From an uncultured Acidobacteriaceae bacterium (GTDB taxonomy: Bacteria; Acidobacteriota; Terriglobia; Terriglobales; Acidobacteriaceae), in the NCBI GenBank assembly GCA_964243645.1, contig CAXTGE010000014.1, positions 1 to 33,314 on the forward strand: a stretch of DNA of 33,314 nt, written 5' to 3'. Made by a program: the position numbers and the translations under genes. The notes below the pieces were generated by a model. It was not told where the DNA came from. It did not search any database and saw only the letters and a list, made by a program, of their open reading frames with translations. This document shows, piece after piece, positions 29,135 to 33,314 of the stretch (positions within the stretch are counted from its first letter, which is position 1; each line of letters begins with the position of its first letter).

Positions 29135-31360
29135 ATGATTCGTGTGCGTAAGATGGCTGCGCTGAGTGCAGTCCTGGTATTGAGCTCCGGAGTTTCGTTG
29201 CTCACCGGTTGCAGTATGGGCGTGATGACGGGAGCTGGGGATAGCGCCCCGGCGGCGATCACCCTTTCCGGAGCTCATATTCAAGGCAGGGTTCACGGCG
29301 GCGTCTATCCGATTCAAGGGGCAAACATCGAGCTCTGGCAGACGGGGACCGGTGCCTTTAACACGGCAACCGGGAGCTATGCCCCTGCGTTCTTGAACTC
29401 GAACACCAATACTAATTACATCGCTTCGGCCGTGTCGGCCACGCAGGGAGACAATACCGGTCTTGCACCGGGCTACTTCGACTTTGGAACAAGTTCATTA
29501 ACCTGCACGCCGGGCAGCTTCGTCTACCTGACCACCACAGGTGGAGGAACCATCCCCGGCAAGACGAACAGCAGTGTGGTCCAGGTCGCCATGATCGGGC
29601 AATGCCCGGCCAGCGCTAGCCAGGCTGCCTACTTCAATAACGTTAATGTTTATCTCTCCGAGACGAGCACGGTGGCCGCGGCGTATACGCTGGGGAACTT
29701 CATTTCCGTCGATACCGATCCCAAGACCAATCTGCAAAGGGTCAACATTACCGCGCCGACCGACAACACGGCAACGGGTAGCTGCACTGTCACCAACGCT
29801 GTGATGACCTGCACCGCAGCCGGCCTTGCCCATGGCGTGGCCAACGCGATCAACCTGGTTGATTTTGTAACGTTCAATGGGACTCTGCCGACCGGTGCGG
29901 CGCGCGCCACGCTGCCGGGGAACAGCCAGGCGGTGGCACCGCAAGCCATGGTGAATACCCTGGGCAACGTTTTGCAGTCCTGTGTGGACTCAGGCCCCTC
30001 GACGGTATCTTCGCCGAGCTCCACCTGCAGTACCTTGCTGGGGTATGCGCCCTCCTCCGCGGCCGGTACGGCCCCAACAAATACGTTGCAAGTAGCTCTA
30101 AATCTTGCGACCCGACCGACCACAAATGTCACCAGCCTGTATGCGTTGCAGACACAGAACTCCCCGTTTTCCCCGATGATGTCGGCTGCGCCCACCGCCT
30201 TTAGCCTGTCGGTCTTCTACCCGGCGGCGGCAATCGGCGACCCAAGTTTTACCGCGCCTGTGGATGTGGCGCTGGATTCTCAGGACAACGTGTACGTGGC
30301 GTACTCGCAGAATGCCACGCAGGGTGCCACGCAGGCTGCCGTAGGGTCGCTGGCCGAGCTGAGCGCCGCGGGCACGCAGGTCTTTTCCGCCGCGGCACCA
30401 ACATTACCGCAGACGCTGGCCAATCCAGGAACCGTCGCGATCGACGCGGCCGGCAACGCATGGGTGACAGATGACACAAACAACGTGGGGAATCTGACGA
30501 CTCTGGGCAATGCTGTCGGCTTCTACACCAGCGTAAGCGCGGGTACCAAGACGGTCGGCAGCTACAACGGGAAGTACACCGTCCCGTACGGAAAAGCCTC
30601 CGGCATTGCCTTCGACCAGGCAGGGAACGCCTTTATCACACGCGATGCCACAGACAGACGTGTGAACGACTACCTCTACGCCAAGGGCAGTCTGACCAAT
30701 ACGCAGGCAGGTACGTTCGAGGGGACCAGTCTGCTGCGGGCTCAGGTGGATGCCTACGGTACCTTCTATGCAGTTGGCTCGAATGCGTTCCTCTCTTTTG
30801 CACCAGAGCCGTGCGGCGCGACGAGGTATGCAGAAAGCTCCGCGACGCTGGATGCTGCCGGCGGGAATGCCCTGGCCATCGACAATCACGTGGGCAACTA
30901 CACAGCCTTTCTTCCCATCACCCAGGAACTGGCAACCGCAAACGTAACGATTGCTGCAGGCCAGAACCAATGCTGGACCGCGACGACCACCACAAACGAC
31001 TATGCCGGCAGTGTGGCAACGAATTCCGCTCCGCTTTCGGCAGTTCTGGACGGCTCAGGCAATCTGTTCTGGGCAGGCAAGCAGGGTAAGCTCTACAGCT
31101 ATCTCAAGGCTGAGTCCTACGAAACCACGACGGGAGGAACTATGACCGCCGCCTTCACGTCTTTCACTCCGTGCTATCTGGGAAGCGCTACATCCTGCAC
31201 GTACGCCTCGTCGCTGGCCGGCCTCGCCGCGGATAGCTCCGGCGCGCTGTGGTACGCCGTTCCAAGTGCCGGGGGAACGGCGTACCTGGTACAGACGTTC
31301 GGACTGGCGCAGCCGACCTGGCCCCTGCTGGCCTATGCGCACTCCGGGGTCGCTTTCTAA
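29135..31360 (+). CDS. Large secreted lipoprotein with NHL-like repeats, paralog 2
   Basis: Lipobox LLTG-C. Shares many blocks with paralog 1 (VHGG..PIQGA, NVNVY.SE.ST.AAAY.LGNFIS.D, LQSCVDSG, APTNTLQVALN, QT.GLA.PT.PLL.YA). ATG 29135 follows AAGGGGA. Confidence 0.8.
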   Translation: MIRVRKMAALSAVLVLSSGVSLLTGCSMGVMTGAGDSAPAAITLSGAHIQGRVHGGVYPIQGANIELWQTGTGAFNTATGSYAPAFLNSNTNTNYIASAVSATQGDNTGLAPGYFDFGTSSLTCTPGSFVYLTTTGGGTIPGKTNSSVVQVAMIGQCPASASQAAYFNNVNVYLSETSTVAAAYTLGNFISVDTDPKTNLQRVNITAPTDNTATGSCTVTNAVMTCTAAGLAHGVANAINLVDFVTFNGTLPTGAARATLPGNSQAVAPQAMVNTLGNVLQSCVDSGPSTVSSPSSTCSTLLGYAPSSAAGTAPTNTLQVALNLATRPTTNVTSLYALQTQNSPFSPMMSAAPTAFSLSVFYPAAAIGDPSFTAPVDVALDSQDNVYVAYSQNATQGATQAAVGSLAELSAAGTQVFSAAAPTLPQTLANPGTVAIDAAGNAWVTDDTNNVGNLTTLGNAVGFYTSVSAGTKTVGSYNGKYTVPYGKASGIAFDQAGNAFITRDATDRRVNDYLYAKGSLTNTQAGTFEGTSLLRAQVDAYGTFYAVGSNAFLSFAPEPCGATRYAESSATLDAAGGNALAIDNHVGNYTAFLPITQELATANVTIAAGQNQCWTATTTTNDYAGSVATNSAPLSAVLDGSGNLFWAGKQGKLYSYLKAESYETTTGGTMTAAFTSFTPCYLGSATSCTYASSLAGLAADSSGALWYAVPSAGGTAYLVQTFGLAQPTWPLLAYAHSGVAF

Positions 31361-31378
31361 CTCATCCTGTTGTTCCAC

Positions 31379-31420
31379 GGTGACGGCGACCTACGGGTCG
31401 CCGTCACCATTTCCGCTTTT
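31379..31420 (+). terminator. Intrinsic terminator after lipoprotein 2
   Basis: 13-bp perfect stem GGTGACGGCGACC-TACG-GGTCGCCGTCACC (UNCG loop), then ATTTCCGCTTTT. Confidence 0.75.
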
Positions 31421-31494
31421 CCACCGAGCGGGTAGTGGAAAGCATCAGGAATTGATGGCGGTGTACCGATCCGAACGGCATAGTCTGGAAACCT

Positions 31495-32895
31495 ATGGCC
31501 GCGCTTTCCATGCCACTTGCCTCCGCCGAGGGGCTCCCTTCCTCAATTCAGACCGAGGTGACGGTGCTCGGCGCGATGCTGCTCGATGCGGTCGCGATCA
31601 CCGATGCGACGGCGAAGCTGCGATCCGAGGACTTCGCGCTGGATTCGCATCGGCGGATCTACCGCGTGATGACGGATCTGATGGTGCAGGGCCATGCCGT
31701 CGATTTGATCACGGTGATGGATGCCCTGAGCAAACGCAAGGAGCTGGATGCGATCGGAGGCGCGGCGTATCTGGCCTATTTAACCGAGGGCATACCGCGC
31801 AATCCGAATATTGAGAGCTATGTCCGGATCGTGAAGGACAAGAGCCTGCTGCGCCAACTGCTGGGGATCTTCAACGAGGGCATGGCGGCGGCCTCGGACC
31901 AGAGCGAAGACGCAACCCAGGTGCTCAACGATGTTGAAGTGAAGCTGGCCGAGGTGGCGGACTCTGCCATTCAGCGCGGGTTTTCAACCATCCCGGACAT
32001 CGTCGCCAGCTCCTTTGGATCGATCGACGCCCTGTATGAGCAGGGCCGCGAGGTTACCGGGCTCGCGACGCACTATATCGAGTTCGACAAGATGACCTCC
32101 GGCCTGCAGGACAGCGAACTGATCATCATCGCCGCCCGTCCCTCGATGGGCAAGACCGCCTGGGCGATCAATATGGGGCAGAACTGCGCCGTGCGCGACG
32201 GCAAGGTTGTGGCGATTTTTTCGCTAGAGATGTCCAAGGAGAGTCTCTTGCGCCGCATGCTGGCGTCGGAGGCCATGGTGGGCAGCCGCAAGCTGCAGAC
32301 CGGGTTCATTCCCCGGGAGGACAAGGGCAAGCTGATTGCCGCGCTGGATCGCCTGATGAACTCCAAAATGTATGTGGATGACACCCCGGGCATCAACCTG
32401 GCAGAGATGCGCGCGAAGTGCCGCCGCCTGATGCAGCAGGAGAGCGGACTCGATCTGATCATCATCGACTACCTGCAACTGATGACAGGAAGCAGCAGTG
32501 GAAGCAAGAAGGGCGGCTTCGAGAGCCGGACGCAGGAGGTCGCGTCGATCTCACGTGGCCTAAAGGCGCTGGCTAAGGAGCTGCGCGTACCCGTGATCGC
32601 GCTCTCACAGTTGTCGCGGGGATCCGAGCAGCGTACGGGTGATAAGAAGCCGCTGCTCTCGGATCTGCGGGAGTCCGGTTCCATCGAGCAGGATGCCGAT
32701 GTGGTGGCCTTCATCCACCGCGAGGAGTACTACGACCGTGAAAACGAGGATGTGAAAGGAAAGGCCGAGATCATCATCGCCAAGCAGCGGAACGGACCCA
32801 CAGGATCGATTCAGATGGCGTATCTGAGCGATTACACGCGGTTTGAAAACCTGGCCACGGGTGATGATTTCGGCGGTGGCGGCGACGCCTATTAG
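31495..32895 (+). CDS. dnaB: Replicative DNA helicase DnaB
   Basis: LPSSIQTE..VLGAML, AARPSMGKT (Walker A), FSLEMS, IIDYLQLM, LSQLSR, SDLRESGSIEQDAD, IAKQRNGPTG. No intein. Confidence 0.98.
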   Translation: MAALSMPLASAEGLPSSIQTEVTVLGAMLLDAVAITDATAKLRSEDFALDSHRRIYRVMTDLMVQGHAVDLITVMDALSKRKELDAIGGAAYLAYLTEGIPRNPNIESYVRIVKDKSLLRQLLGIFNEGMAAASDQSEDATQVLNDVEVKLAEVADSAIQRGFSTIPDIVASSFGSIDALYEQGREVTGLATHYIEFDKMTSGLQDSELIIIAARPSMGKTAWAINMGQNCAVRDGKVVAIFSLEMSKESLLRRMLASEAMVGSRKLQTGFIPREDKGKLIAALDRLMNSKMYVDDTPGINLAEMRAKCRRLMQQESGLDLIIIDYLQLMTGSSSGSKKGGFESRTQEVASISRGLKALAKELRVPVIALSQLSRGSEQRTGDKKPLLSDLRESGSIEQDADVVAFIHREEYYDRENEDVKGKAEIIIAKQRNGPTGSIQMAYLSDYTRFENLATGDDFGGGGDAY

Positions 32896-33087
32896 AGCGG
32901 GTGCGCCGGCAACGCCTGGGCGTCTTTGCCCGACGGAGGCGGGTTTGCCTGACATCATAACGTCGCAAAACCAGGACCGGCGGCAATCCACGGGAGACGG
33001 AACGTTTTGTGTCCGTTCTGTGGACACAGCAAAGGCAAAACTACACGCCAGAAGCACATCCCGGGTGCTTCCGGTACCCTGTCGTAG

Positions 33088-33314
33088 ATGCGTTGGAACG
33101 GTTTTCTGATTGGCCCTGCCCAGAGGGTTGCGGCGCTGCTGCTGCTCGTGCTGCTGGGCGAGTGCCTGTGGACGATCGCCCACCAGCCGCTCAACTCGGA
33201 TGACTACCGCTACGCGCGCTGCGGGCGCGAGATGTGGGAGCGGCCTTCGCCCCTGCAGGGTTACTTCACCACCTGCGGCAACCTGAATGGCGATGGCACG
33301 CTGGCGTACCGGGT
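33088..33314 (+). CDS. Membrane protein, 5' part; possibly a GT39/PMT-like glycosyltransferase; runs off the right edge
   Basis: Hand translation MRWNGFLIGPAQRVAALLLLVLLGECLWTIAHQPLNSDDYRYARCGREMWE... shows TM1 followed by an acidic DD.xY motif like GT-C first loops. Open to the window end. Confidence 0.5.
   Translation, partial: MRWNGFLIGPAQRVAALLLLVLLGECLWTIAHQPLNSDDYRYARCGREMWERPSPLQGYFTTCGNLNGDGTLAYR

Noticed and set aside
26341-31420. Lipoprotein pair as a mobile genomic island
   Set aside because: No integrase, tRNA or flanking direct repeats were seen. Local duplication is sufficient to explain it.
31495-32895. Intein in DnaB
   Set aside because: Normal length (466 aa) with contiguous motifs.
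32915-32952. c-di-GMP-I riboswitch on the minus strand (GGCAAACCC...GGGCAAAG)
   Set aside because: It lacks the GNRA-capped P2 and the GACGCAAAGC junction, and no downstream gene lies on that strand.

Overview
GC-rich chromosomal window. The gene families present (tandem NHL-like lipoproteins, a CarboxypepD_reg-domain protein, several GT-C-like membrane proteins, GyrB with a long insertion) point to an Acidobacteriaceae-like genome, which is inference. It holds about 20 CDSs: housekeeping genes (gyrB, dnaB, class V aminotransferase, YqeY), a cluster of apparently exported peptidases (M48, a TldD/TldE-like pair, M13), envelope-modifying enzymes, ClC and MscS channels, a DUF4139 protein, and a Tat amidase followed by a circularly permuted D-amino-acid-oxidase-like enzyme. 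I saw no rRNA, tRNA, CRISPR array, transposase or integrase. The best unexplained signals are five. (1) Two tandem paralogous lipoprotein genes share a three-part upstream module at near-identical spacing, each followed by a long structured leader. (2) An orphan minus-strand terminator between two plus-strand genes implies a ~115-nt structured sRNA. (3) The TldD/TldE pair carries signal peptides on both subunits. (4) A 117-bp MITE-like element overlaps the gyrB stop codon. (5) The DAO is circularly permuted. All calls come from reading motifs by eye; no searches were run.
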